Part shown: in pieces, positions 1-10,732 of the stretch
How the letters are laid out: every line of letters starts with the position of its first letter
Numbering within the stretch: the stretch's first letter is position 1
Origin: Lottia gigantea
Taxonomy: Eukaryota
Length of the DNA: 64,000 nucleotides
Assembly: GCF_000327385.1 (NCBI RefSeq)
Contig: NW_008709380.1
Location: 1,401,552-1,465,551, forward strand
Reading direction: 5' to 3'
Program-made: the position numbers and the translations under genes
The notes under the pieces: generated by a model
What the model was told of the DNA's origin: nothing
The model's input: the letters and a program-made list of their open reading frames with translations, nothing else
Databases searched by the model: none

Positions 1-450
1 CAGATTCATGTTTATGCCACACAGTTTATAACGGGTAATGTAGCAGATTATTTGGAAATGAATAAAAATCGATAATATCTAAGAGACGAGGAGAGAATGT
101 AGGCTATCAACATAATATATTTCATAGGTGCGTCTATTTACTCGATTGAACTCCATCCGTGTTAATTTTGCATCTGACATTTGTGTTTTTAACCGTTACG
201 TCTTTCAGTATCCAAAGGAAAAAGCAGAAGTTATAAGTCAATGTTGGAAAATATGTGCTGAAGGACTGAAGGCCAAACATATTTTTGTTATGTGACACAA
301 ATTTTAATCCTCCATTTTAAAACAGAGATAAGCTTATACCAAAGACTGAACCAGCTGAGTTGTCATTTCCTGTGACAACATCTTTGACTTACTGGTCACA
401 AGTTGAAACTAAATTCATAAATTTTGAGCAATTAATTTAAATCTATCAAC

Positions 451-960
451 ATGTTTTCAATCAGAACCCTTTTGTATTTACCTTGTGGCGTGTGTGGCAA
501 AATATTTCTTTACAATGAACTGTTCAGACATGTTACAACTCATAAATATACAGATAAGGAAAGAAAGAGACCATATAAATGTGAATATTGCTTTAAAGCA
601 TTTGTTAAAAGCCATGACTTGAAGAGACATATTAGAACACATACTGGTGAGAAACCGTATGATTGTGCTTTTTGTCCTAAATCATATTCGACTAATAGTG
701 AACTAATGAGACATATCTGGATACATACTGGTGAGAAACCATATAAGTGTGATTTTTGTAGCAAATCATTTACTACAAATAGTGAGTTAATGAGACATAT
801 CCGGACACACACTGGTGAAAAACCATATGCATGTGATGTTTGTAATAAGTCATTTTCTCAGAAAGGTCATTATACAAGACACATCAAGACTCATAATGGC
901 AGGCTTCAATTTAGATTGAAAAACTTAACTAGCAAAAAGTCCCAACAATGTAAAACTTAA
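451..960 (+). CDS. C2H2 zinc-finger protein, probably a C-terminal or terminal exon. It has five C-x2-C...H-x3-H fingers joined by HTGEKPY linkers.
   Basis: The ORF translation shows repeated C..C..F/Y..L..H...H units separated by TGEKPY linkers (HTGEKPYDC, HTGEKPYKC, HTGEKPYAC). There is an in-frame TAA 18 nt upstream of the ATG. Upstream exons may lie outside the window. Confidence 0.6.
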   Translation: MFSIRTLLYLPCGVCGKIFLYNELFRHVTTHKYTDKERKRPYKCEYCFKAFVKSHDLKRHIRTHTGEKPYDCAFCPKSYSTNSELMRHIWIHTGEKPYKCDFCSKSFTTNSELMRHIRTHTGEKPYACDVCNKSFSQKGHYTRHIKTHNGRLQFRLKNLTSKKSQQCKT

Positions 961-3190
961 TGTACAGTACTATACCAGCGATGGTTATTTGATACAGAAC
1001 CAAGGTTCACAGAAAGGATATACGAGTTAATTGTTAAAGAATCAATGCTCTTCCACATTACTCAATTTGGTTAGGTCAATTGCTTTGACTAAACAGAAAT
1101 CTTCCAAGAGGATAGTATGACTATGTGGACACCTGAATTTGTTATATTTGATGAATCATGGCTTGAAATGGGTCACATTTTGGAAATAAGCTATTACAGC
1201 AGAAATATTTTTACTTAAAGCTGTGAATTTTGTGGATATTTTATTATATAAATTGGAAAGCTGTAGTAACTTTTTCGTGGTAATTCTTTTACCGGTACAT
1301 CCAACAGTGAGATTATGAGGCATTTAAGACCAAAACTGGACTTCAAAACATAGTGTTTATACTGACATTTAGAGATTTACTTTCACATATATGTCATAAT
1401 TAGATGCATAACCTTCTGATTAGTCTTTAGTAGATTGTATTTTGTAGCTCATTTTATCTTGTGTGATGTTTAAGGTTAATCATTAAGTACCATTCTTGGA
1501 TGAACAAACTGTGAACTTCTATATTATGAATGTGATATTAATTTGAATAGAGGAATTGTTCAAAGACCCCAAACCAACCAAACACAAAAAAAAACAGTGC
1601 ATGAAAATCATATGACATTACACAATTATGTGTCTGGACCTCAAATCTATATTATCAATTGCCAATTATATATTGATACAGTATGTTAATATATACGTAT
1701 ACATCTATATTATTTGTATGTACTTTTGGTGTACTTTTTTAATAAATGAAATACATAAACATTATGTGGAGTTTTATGTCCAAGGATAACTAATTTTACC
1801 TGAAGAAAAGGACAAATAGGTGAATTTAGCACCGACTCTCATGTCTGACTGCCTTTGTGGATCATGGCAAGTTATATGCTTTGAACACGAAAGTTCTGGG
1901 AAAAAATTGACATTCAGAAATTCTTTAATGCGAATGCCTGAGCATCAACTATTCCATTTGCTCTCTTGATCTGTTCTTAGAACTTAATTGCAGGTACCCC
2001 CATCAATTTACATGACAGAAGGATTACTTTCCAAATTTAGGTATATATGATACATTTCAGACACGTACTTTTAAAATAACAGGAATGGATATGTTTGGAG
2101 TGGTTATCTAAATATATATTAAGGAAAATCTCGGATGAACAAGGTTACAACCTTTGGTTGATTTGTCATTTGCGTTGTTTAGAAGTGTACTTCCTCTTAG
2201 GATGACTAAAAGATTGAAATTTGTAAACTTTGTTCATCAGTGGACTTACCTGGTTTTAAACTATATGACATAACCCCTTTATAGTCTAATAAATTATTAA
2301 AACTATCATTTATTAAGTAATTTTGAAACTTGCTTAGGAGCGTGTTTCAATAATTATTTAGTTCAATGGATATGTTATATTCAGATTCTTTTTTTTAGTC
2401 ATGGCACCTGGTAAGTCCACTGATGAATATATACATTTTATTGACCAAGTCTCCTCTTTAAATTTTATGTCCATTCTAAGAGGTAGTATCCTTTTAAGTT
2501 CACAATAAAAAATATCATTCCATATAAAAGAATTATTGTTACAGGAAATTTCGAAACATAGAACACATGTTTTATAAATAAAGATATGCATCAAAAAACG
2601 TAAAATCAATGGGATAAATGTAATAACATCAACATTATTGGCTATATAATTTACCATTAGTCCCAGAAGAATGAATTGAAATCACACAATTTACAAATCT
2701 TTTTTCTGAAACTGGAAGCGAAACGCTTGATGTCGGATTTTATTCTGGTCGATTCTATAGAAGATAGATGATAGCGAATATTTAGAGGACTCATTTTAAA
2801 ATATAGCGATAACAGGCCCGAATCAGAACATCGCGATAGTAATGAAAGACATGCCACGATACGCGTATTGTATTACTCTGTTTTGTATCGATACTGATAC
2901 AAAAGGAAACAAATGAAGATGAAATCGAAAGTAGAAGTTCCATCCGTGATCGACAACGTGACAAGGTTGCGTTTAATAATATGATCAAACACAATTGGAA
3001 AAGATACCATTTTTGTAACTTTGTTCAATTGGATTGTCACCGTGGACGCCTTTGTTTTGTGGTTAAATCTAATGAATGATCATGATAGTATCCATTTTAT
3101 TACCATTTCGTTAATAGATAATGCGTGCTTTTTAATCTCACAACTTGAAACTTGAGCTATCTATAATGTGTCGCTAATTGAGCTATTTGC

Positions 3191-3250
3191 AGGCATGGGT
3201 GACGGCAATATACGCCACCCACTCCCCCCCCACCCCCCATTTCATGTGGG
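3191..3250. repeat. C-rich repeat module GCATGGGTGACGGCAATATACGCCACCCACTCCCCCCCACCCCCCATTTCATGTGGGCG. It is homologous to the module at 38505-38562.
   Basis: By eye the module aligns with 38505-38562 (GCATGTGTGACGC-TATACCCCCCCCCCCCCCACTCTCCATTTCATGAGTCG). The shared elements are GCATGKGTGACG, TATAC, a C-run, ACTC and CCATTTCATG. Confidence 0.4.
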
Positions 3251-5893
3251 CGTTAAATATTTTCTCAATCTTGGAAGACTACTCTCCATCAACCAAAATA
3301 TTTCTTCTTTCATATAAATTCGCTCAATTCAACATACTTTTACTGTTTCTGAAAACGTTAAATTTTGTCAAATATTGACCAATACTTAATGTTAGGCTAA
3401 AAACTTAATACATAATGCATATGTATATGCTATGTCAATCCCAATTTCCTCAATTGTGTGCTGTTTTTAATAGTTTTTTTGTTCGTTTTTACCGCTAGAT
3501 TAGTACAATACGAATAACGAAATGAAACCAATTTGGCTTGTAGACGCTAGTTATTGAGACATTAGAAATGTAACCCCTTCATTATCTATACTCAATTGTC
3601 TAACATTTTGATGTCATTTTGTATAGATTATGGCAGAAACTTGAATTATGCCAAAGTTAAACTAATTTCTTTGCTGTCAAAAATTGCATTAATTTGTTTC
3701 TAACAAATTTGAAAATATGATTTCTATACTTTTTGCTCCAAAATATCTGTCAGAATGCACCAAATCAATTCTATTTTCTTGGGGAAGAACCTTTTAAGAC
3801 GATCCATGGGAGGCTTGCGCCTATGCTCTTCCACACAACGAATTTCAACCTTAACACTTGTTCCCCGTTAAGTCAGCTCACCCTAACATAATTCGTGTTC
3901 ATGTGCTTTACAGATTGGTTGTACTTTGTACATATTTTCACTCACAGATACAGACTGAACATATGATAATTAATATATGAGAAGGTCAATACCACGATGT
4001 CCGAATCATTACTCGTATAAAAGTCTGATATCAATTTAATCTTCATATTGATTACAACATTTCTTACATCCGTTCATTATCAAGCAATGTCATCTTTGAA
4101 GATCGGCTACCCAATTCGGCCCAATTTAATACACCACAGCATTGGCTGTAGGTCCCACCACTTTGAAATAGCAAAAGTTTTGAAAATCATGTATCTATGA
4201 AAATAACTCTTTCAAAATATTCTATCCTTAATTTAATACTTGAAAATTATCCTGGAATGGAAAGGCTTATCTTTATTTCTGACCTACGCGATATATAATT
4301 TCTTTTATACATTTAGTTATCTTGTCTAGATTTCATGTGTATTAATTTATATAATAATTCCAAATTTAACTCATAATTCTGACATTTCGAAGCGGTCCAC
4401 CGCCGAGGTTGGTTCTTCTTCACAATGTCAAGCTATTACAAACCGCGTTTAATACCTGAACTTCATTGCGCTCTTTTCTCATATCACAGAATGCAGCAAA
4501 TTGATTGAATTGTACACTAGAGAATACAGTCAACCAGAGCCCTCGACATAAAGACTTTAACATGATGAATTATTATCTATCGAGTGGTGTAATTGGCTGT
4601 ATTCTTAGCGTATTATCCAATCAAACCACAATGTTACAAACTTTCGTTATAGACGAGAAGAGGCCGATTGAGTCAAGGTATTAGTCTCAGTTCGTAATAG
4701 CTCGACATTGTGAAGATAGAGTTGGTTAAGCTATTGGCGTTCAGACAATTCGTGCTAAACAAACTGCCTTCGAGCTTGTTAAAATACATAAATTGTAAAA
4801 AAAAGGTCAAAATCGATATTTGCCTTTGGGAATTCATTTCTTTATGGATTAGAACTCAGCGGTAGACTAAAATTACTTGCATTAGCCATAATGGAAATAT
4901 TGGTCGTATTCTAATGTTCCAGGAATATAGTACATTCTTATTCAGACACTCTAAGAGTTTTTTTCCGTTAATGAAATATCATTAGAAAGTTAACAAAATA
5001 TTTAAGTATCAAGCTATTATATTTCCATGCCACATGCAGAGTTCATATTTATATATGGACAGAAACAATAAAAAGTCTGATGATAAAAATAACTTTTAAT
5101 TTCGCCATTGGTGAAACCCTGAAAGATGCCTTCAGCAGGAATCAATTAAAGTGCTAAATTAACTCCTGGACGTTCGTAAACAATTTTTTAATTTTTTTCT
5201 CTGTTGATTTTAGCCATATGGACACTCCTTGAGGGATGTCCTCCCACGTATCTTCTATTTTTTTTTGTTCAGTTTTTAGGAGCGTTGTGCAAATAAAATA
5301 AACCTGACTCGCTGATGTACAAGATTCTTCAGTTTATTGTTCGTTCCTAAATGCGACAGCCGGTTCAAGCCAAATACTCAAATATAATTCTTTAAAATAG
5401 AACGAACTCTCCAGAATCCATGACTGGTATAACAATTATTTGAATAAGAAACACCTCCTACGCTCAAGGGTCAGCTGGGAGTGTACAAAATAGAGAGGGT
5501 TGCATACAAATGTGTGCTGTGTTATTCTTTTAACTGTATTTTTACCACCTGTCTTAAAGGGTAAGTTTTGCCACTTTAGGGGGTTGATTTGGGTCTTGAA
5601 GATATGTAAATATGTCTTATTTATATACTTCTTGCGTTTAATTCTGGACACACATGGATTGGAAGGCTCAAATTTCGACGGTGACCTGTGAAGACTAGAA
5701 CCGATCAGCTTAAAATTTCCGCTTCTGAGACTAAAGTACGATTGGTCTTATTTAAAAGCTTATTTTATCTATCAACAGATTTGTACGGAAAGTAATAGTG
5801 CACTAAACTTTGCTGTGCTGACGCACTAGGTACCCTAGCATGTGTCTTTTTCTTATCAATATGAGGCAAATAATCGCCTAGCAGGTGACAATC

Positions 5894-5910
5894 GCTACCG
5901 ACTGAGCTAA
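5894..5910 (-). other. tRNA-derived A-box/D-arm-like fragment (TAGCTCAGTCGGTAGCG). It could be a SINE head or a tRNA pseudogene remnant.
   Basis: The minus-strand sequence TAGCTCAGTCGGTAGCG matches 16 of 18 positions of the tRNA-Lys D-arm consensus TAGCTCAGTCGGTAGAGC. There is no acceptor stem upstream and no convincing B-box or T-arm downstream. A T-run at about 5258-5270 (+) could be a poly-A tail on the minus strand. Confidence 0.25.
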
Positions 5911-6259
5911 AATAATTATAATACTTTATATAGACACAGCTTTATGGAACAACAATCACTGGTTAAATTTTTATGCAACGTTTCGACGTGCTTCTCCCAT
6001 AAAATGTTTTATTGATACATTACATTAAATTTTAACAGGTACAATAAGAGGTACATAATTCTTAAAATAACATACAGACTGATTAAGTAAAATAATTGAA
6101 ATAAAGTAAATGAATTAAAAAGATTAATTGAAGATTAAATAAACAACTATTGCTAGTATTTGAGTCTTTTATTGATAGAAATTACATTGTTTTAAATAAC
6201 TAACTATGGTTAAAGTTGAAATATATTAATAAATTTAATACATTTATGAATATGAATAA

Positions 6260-6832
6260 TTACAAGTTGATAAGTTTATCATATGCATGCGATAAACGAA
6301 CACATTCATCTCTGTTAAGGTCAGGCTGATATCTTCTGATGTTGATAGCTTCATGAAGTCTCCTGGTTTTATCTATGTGCCTATTGATTGTCAGTATATT
6401 GGTGTTGTCAAAGTTGACTTTATGTCCTGTTTTTCTTCCAATAGCAAGATGTTCAGCCACAGCAGATGTTCCTTCATTGCCAGGCTTGTCTTTGAGTCGA
6501 ACATTAAGACGTCTCTTTGTTTCCCCTATATCAGAACTTCCACAGGAGCACTCAATTTGGTAGACATATCCCTTAGGTTTTTGGTTGTTGGAGGGATTCA
6601 ATTTACCATTGGCTCTGAGCAAATCTTTAAGCGTTGAATTGCCTGGGAACACTGTTTCAATGCCGACTGACTTTTTCAGGATCTTCTTGATCTGGTATGA
6701 TGCCTTTCCAATGAATGGGATAGCTAAGCAGGTAGATGGTCTGTTGGGATTAGGCTCTTGGTTCGTTGGTTTTGCCATTAATACTGATCGAAAAGCTTGA
6801 TGTACAAAGGGTGAGGGGTAGTTGTTGTGCAA
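6260..6832 (-). pseudogene. PLE GIY-YIG endonuclease domain segment.
   Basis: The translation contains GYVYQIECSCGSSDIGETKRRLNVRLKDKPGNEGTSAVAEHLAIGRKTGHKVNFDNTNILTINRHIDKTRRLHEAINIRRYQPDLNRDECVRL. This matches the GIY-YIG with CCHH-like spacing that is characteristic of Penelope-like elements. Confidence 0.75.
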
Positions 6833-6862
6833 GCAAAATACTTTCTTGATGTGTTGTAATTC

Positions 6863-7087
6863 TTATTGAAAGTATTCTGGGTCACAAATCCTTTTCGCTC
6901 TTCTGACCAGCGCTGTGATGGCTGCCCTTTTGACATGTTGAGGGGTGTTGGAATGGTAGTTCACATACTGATCTGTATGTGTAGGATTCCTGTACACGCA
7001 TGTCTTCAACTGACCTCGTAACCGCTTAATTCTCACATCCAGAAAGGGTATAGCGTCACCTTCTTCTGCTTCCATGATGAAATTCAT
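6863..7087 (-). pseudogene. PLE reverse-transcriptase thumb-like segment (IPFLDV...YRNPTHTDQYVNYHSNTP).
   Basis: The ORF translation is MNFIMEAEEGDAIPFLDVRIKRLRGQLKTCVYRNPTHTDQYVNYHSNTPQHVKRAAITALVRRAKRICD. It resembles the conserved Penelope/Poseidon RT region downstream of YVDD. Confidence 0.65.
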
Positions 7088-7407
7088 TCTCTTATGCTGA
7101 GCATTAAGATGTTGAAGTAGAGCTGATGGGTCATCTTTAGCTTGACAAAGGTGTGATCAACTTTCCGGAACCAGCAGATTGGTGAGATCGGAGCGGTTTC
7201 CATGGTCTTTTCAGTAATCAATGGTGACAAGGGGCTTCCCATAGGTAGATCTTTGATTTGTTCATAGATCTCATCTTCCCATGTGAAGTAGGTAGAGGAC
7301 ATACACATCTGAATAACGACGATGCTGTCTGTAGTAAGTGTAGTATCTAGTGGGGTCTCTAATTTAGATATCTTATCTCTTATGATACTCAACACATGTG
7401 TACTCAC
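7084..7407 (-). pseudogene. PLE reverse-transcriptase segment covering motif B' (QIKDLPMGSPLSPLI) and a degraded motif C (RKVDHTFV, equivalent to RYVDDTFV).
   Basis: The ORF translation is FTWEDEIYEQIKDLPMGSPLSPLITEKTMETAPISPICWFRKVDHTFV. A frame change is needed to continue into the next segment. Confidence 0.7.
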
Positions 7408-10345
7408 AATTGCTAAATTGCTTTAATTATAATACTTGTTCATCAGTTGCAATTTTGAGAATTTTTCAGTGATGATCTGAACTGTATTAAGCTTGTCTCT
7501 TCAATGCAGCTCTCTGTCTTCCAGCTTTTCATTTATTTCAATGCAACTGTTTTATTGTAAAAAGACGTCTAGCTGGTAGATTTCAATCAAACGCATCGTA
7601 ATTAGAATACTCATTTATTTATCAGTTGCCCATTGAGTGACATTGCTTTGGTCTATAATTACCCTCATCACAGATCCACTGGTACATACGACAAGGGAAT
7701 TCATCATTAATACTACAATAATATAGAACACAGGCAGTTAGTTCATTACTAATTAATAATTAAAATTAATATTTTACCAAGTCTTTGACAGAAGTTACAA
7801 TAATTATTATTATGAAAAAAACTTCAAAATAACATTTTATTCGATCTAAAAAGTAATATGATATGCAGCAAAGTACTCAGTGGTATCCACTTAATCAAAT
7901 GGTTTATTAAATGTTTGTCGAATCTGAAATAAAATGGTGTCAATAAGTATTCTGGCATCAAACTTTAATTTCATCTGATATGTTTTGTAAAGGTTTGTAG
8001 AATCTGAAATAAAATGAAGTTTTAAGTCTTACTATTCCCTGCAGTTTTGGCTAATCAAATAGATGGAAATTAAATATTAACGCCCTTAACTAGTATTACT
8101 CTAGATAAATTAAATTTCTGTAGGTGTAATATCGCTACTGCGTTAAAAGCGAAAGCGATGTATATGGGCTTCAATCTGCAACCAAGTTATCTCCTGACAT
8201 AATATTTCTATTTTCGACCGTGAAGAAATCATAGATTTCATAGACTGCACTCTGTATTGCGTCTTATGAAATTTTTCCCACCGCGCACTCATCTTACGAC
8301 CAAACTTGGGATTGAAAAAAAATAGGTCTACGTTTTGCACTTAATGTGTCAAGCTTAAGTGCAGTACTTAAACAACATAGTGACATCTTTACCAATGTGA
8401 ATCTTTCTCGATGGAAGATAATTACAAATTAAACTTAATCATATCGTCTGGATGAAAATAGAAATTTTATTAAAGGAAAATAAAGTTTCTGGAATTTACA
8501 TGTACTATAATAGGTAATATATTAGATGAAAGTAGCGAACAACATATTTGATTGAATGCGGTCAGTAGACGGATGCGATTATTTTTTCCTATAGTAAGTA
8601 CTTATCGTTTGATTGTTGTCAACATCACTAAATGTTATTTTGTTTTCACCACAATGGAAATGATTAATTCAACATACAAAACATTAAGCTACACAATTTG
8701 TATTTATTGTCTTTGAAGTTGCCTACTAATCAGTATTTCAAAGTAAAACCTTGTTCCGACTCGATGAGACATCAATAATAAAATTGTTATTATTTTCAAG
8801 ATAATACTAGTAATACAGCACAGAAATCGAGGTAAACAAGTGTTTTAATTTAACAAAAAACATAAATAAAGCACTAATATTGATGTTAGGAAGTAACGAA
8901 GCGAGACAAATACAAGTACATAAATTGATTCCTTACAATATACAATAGTCCGAGGTCAACAAAAGTTTTCATTTCAAAAGTTACAATTTGTCACTGTCAT
9001 GAAAAAATGTTGTTTTAATTATCCGGTTTCATGATTGACATTTGTTGAAGTTGAATGCAGATAATATGACATTTCAACATTATTCAACATTGTTTGAAAA
9101 ACCAAATTACAATCAATCAGAGTTCAGATTAATCAATATTAAACGGAATGTAATTCAAGTATCCTTTAACCTTCGTCAGACAAATATAGCGCTGACAGTA
9201 CGGTGTTTCAGCTAAGAACGGAACTCATGATAAAGGGCTGTTACTGAAAACTAAATGCGAGGGTTTTACAATTCTTTCAGATTTCACACGAGTAAGAATG
9301 GTTAATTATTGCGTATAAGTAGACTGATAGACTGGCTATCTCAAGGGTCATTTAAAAACTAATACTATAATCTTCTGAATTCTTCTATTTCAATGGTACA
9401 TGTAGGTGTATGGGCGTGTGTTTAGGGGTTTTTCTGCATCACTGCTACAATTTTTTTTTTATTTCGATGGAATTTAAAGTGTGGATTTTGTCATATTTCC
9501 ATTTCATATCTAATGTCATATTTTATTGCTACAAGTACTTTTTTAAAGCACATATGTGCATAGAAAAACACAATATTGTTATAATATGCAGGTGCACATC
9601 TGTAACATTGTTACACAACATCAACCATCAATATTGAGAATAATATGTCGATAAAACATTTAGCACTAAATGAACCATCTTATCGAAATACGTAGTAAGA
9701 TGTTACTAAGGTGTTGTTCGGACAGAATAAGTTGTATTTGTGTGACTACTCCATTAAAACCGAGACTACAACAAAAACCGTCGCAGCTGGTGTTTAAGAA
9801 TAGCCAGCTTAAACTCTCTTATTGAACTGGAGCTCAAATTCATTAAACTGGTGGGCCCAAGAGCTTAAACTGAAAGGTAATAAGTGATAACCTCGAAAAC
9901 AATAACGTCCAGCAACATTACATATACATAATGGTCTGGCACGAATGATTAGTTATTGGTCTAGCGGATAAATATCTATCATTAACCCAACACTTCAGCA
10001 AATTACTTGTAACTTTCTTAAGCCGAGACGGTAACCTTTTGCACTTTTATTGGCTCCTTATTACTATCTCTGATATTTGAATGAAAGTGGATATTCTGGT
10101 GTAATGTTCTCATATTGATGACCGTATATTGTATTTATTTCGGGCCGAAAAGCGATTATGTGGTTTCTACATCATTAAAGATATTAGTGTCTTGGTATTT
10201 TGACCCGAAATGACGAATTGTACCAAATACATTGAAAAGTATAAAGCGAACTGGATGAATCCATTCTATGGCTTTCTTTCAAAGAAAATGTTGTAGAAAA
10301 TTGCAGCGAAATGAAGTATTGTCTGTATACGAATCAATGGAGCTT

Positions 10346-10732
10346 GGCTGAAACGTATATAAGAAATTTTCATCTAGACGACCAGGAACCTTATATAAGG
10401 AGTTTCCTACTAGGCGGAAAGGTATCCTATATGAGGAGTTTTCATAGACGACTATGTATATTATATAAGGAATCTTATATAAGGAGTTTTAAAATATTTG
10501 GCGAGGAATCTCGTGCACTGAGTTTTCACATATACGACTATGTACCTCATAGAAGGAATCTTATATAAAGTAATTTCGTCTATATAGTCGACTAGAAATC
10601 TTATAAAAAAAAATTCATATAGACATCTAGGAATCTTATATATGTATATGAAGTTTTCATAAAGGCGACAAACAATATTGTGTAAGGAGTTTTCATTTAT
10701 ACGACTATGTGTCTTATATAAGGAATTTTCTT
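10346..10732. repeat. Degenerate minisatellite with a ~45-55 bp unit (consensus roughly GGAATCTTATATAAGGAGTTTTCATAGACGACTATGT), about 7-8 copies.
   Basis: Repeated blocks CTTATATAAGGAGTTTTCA/TAGACGACTATGT are visible by eye. ORF 10311-10568 lies inside this repeat and is most likely spurious. Confidence 0.7.

Larger units (their letters stand above)
6260..7407 (-). mobile_element. Penelope-like retroelement (PLE) remnant. It is 5'-truncated and frameshifted, with a reverse-transcriptase region followed by a C-terminal GIY-YIG endonuclease.
   Basis: Three adjacent minus-strand ORFs in different frames reconstruct the RT-to-GIY-YIG order typical of PLEs. The recognisable motifs are DLPMGSPLSPL, a degraded YVDD (WFRKVDHTFV), AIPFLDVRIKR...YRNPTHTDQY and KGYVYQIECSCGSSDIGETKRRLNVRLKDK...SAVAEH. 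Confidence 0.75.

Noticed and set aside
540-812. A 90 aa minus-strand ORF overlapping the zinc-finger gene.
   Set aside because: It is antisense to a well-supported coding region. Its periodicity mirrors the ZNF repeats and it has no motifs of its own.
6353-6800. Plus-strand ORFs (94, 62 and 71 aa) overlapping the PLE remnant.
   Set aside because: They are antisense to the GIY-YIG/RT coding remnants. These are shadow ORFs.
10311-10568. An 85 aa ORF (…PYIRSFLLGGKVSYMRSFHRRL…).
   Set aside because: It lies entirely within the 10346-10732 minisatellite. The periodic amino-acid pattern simply reflects the DNA repeat.
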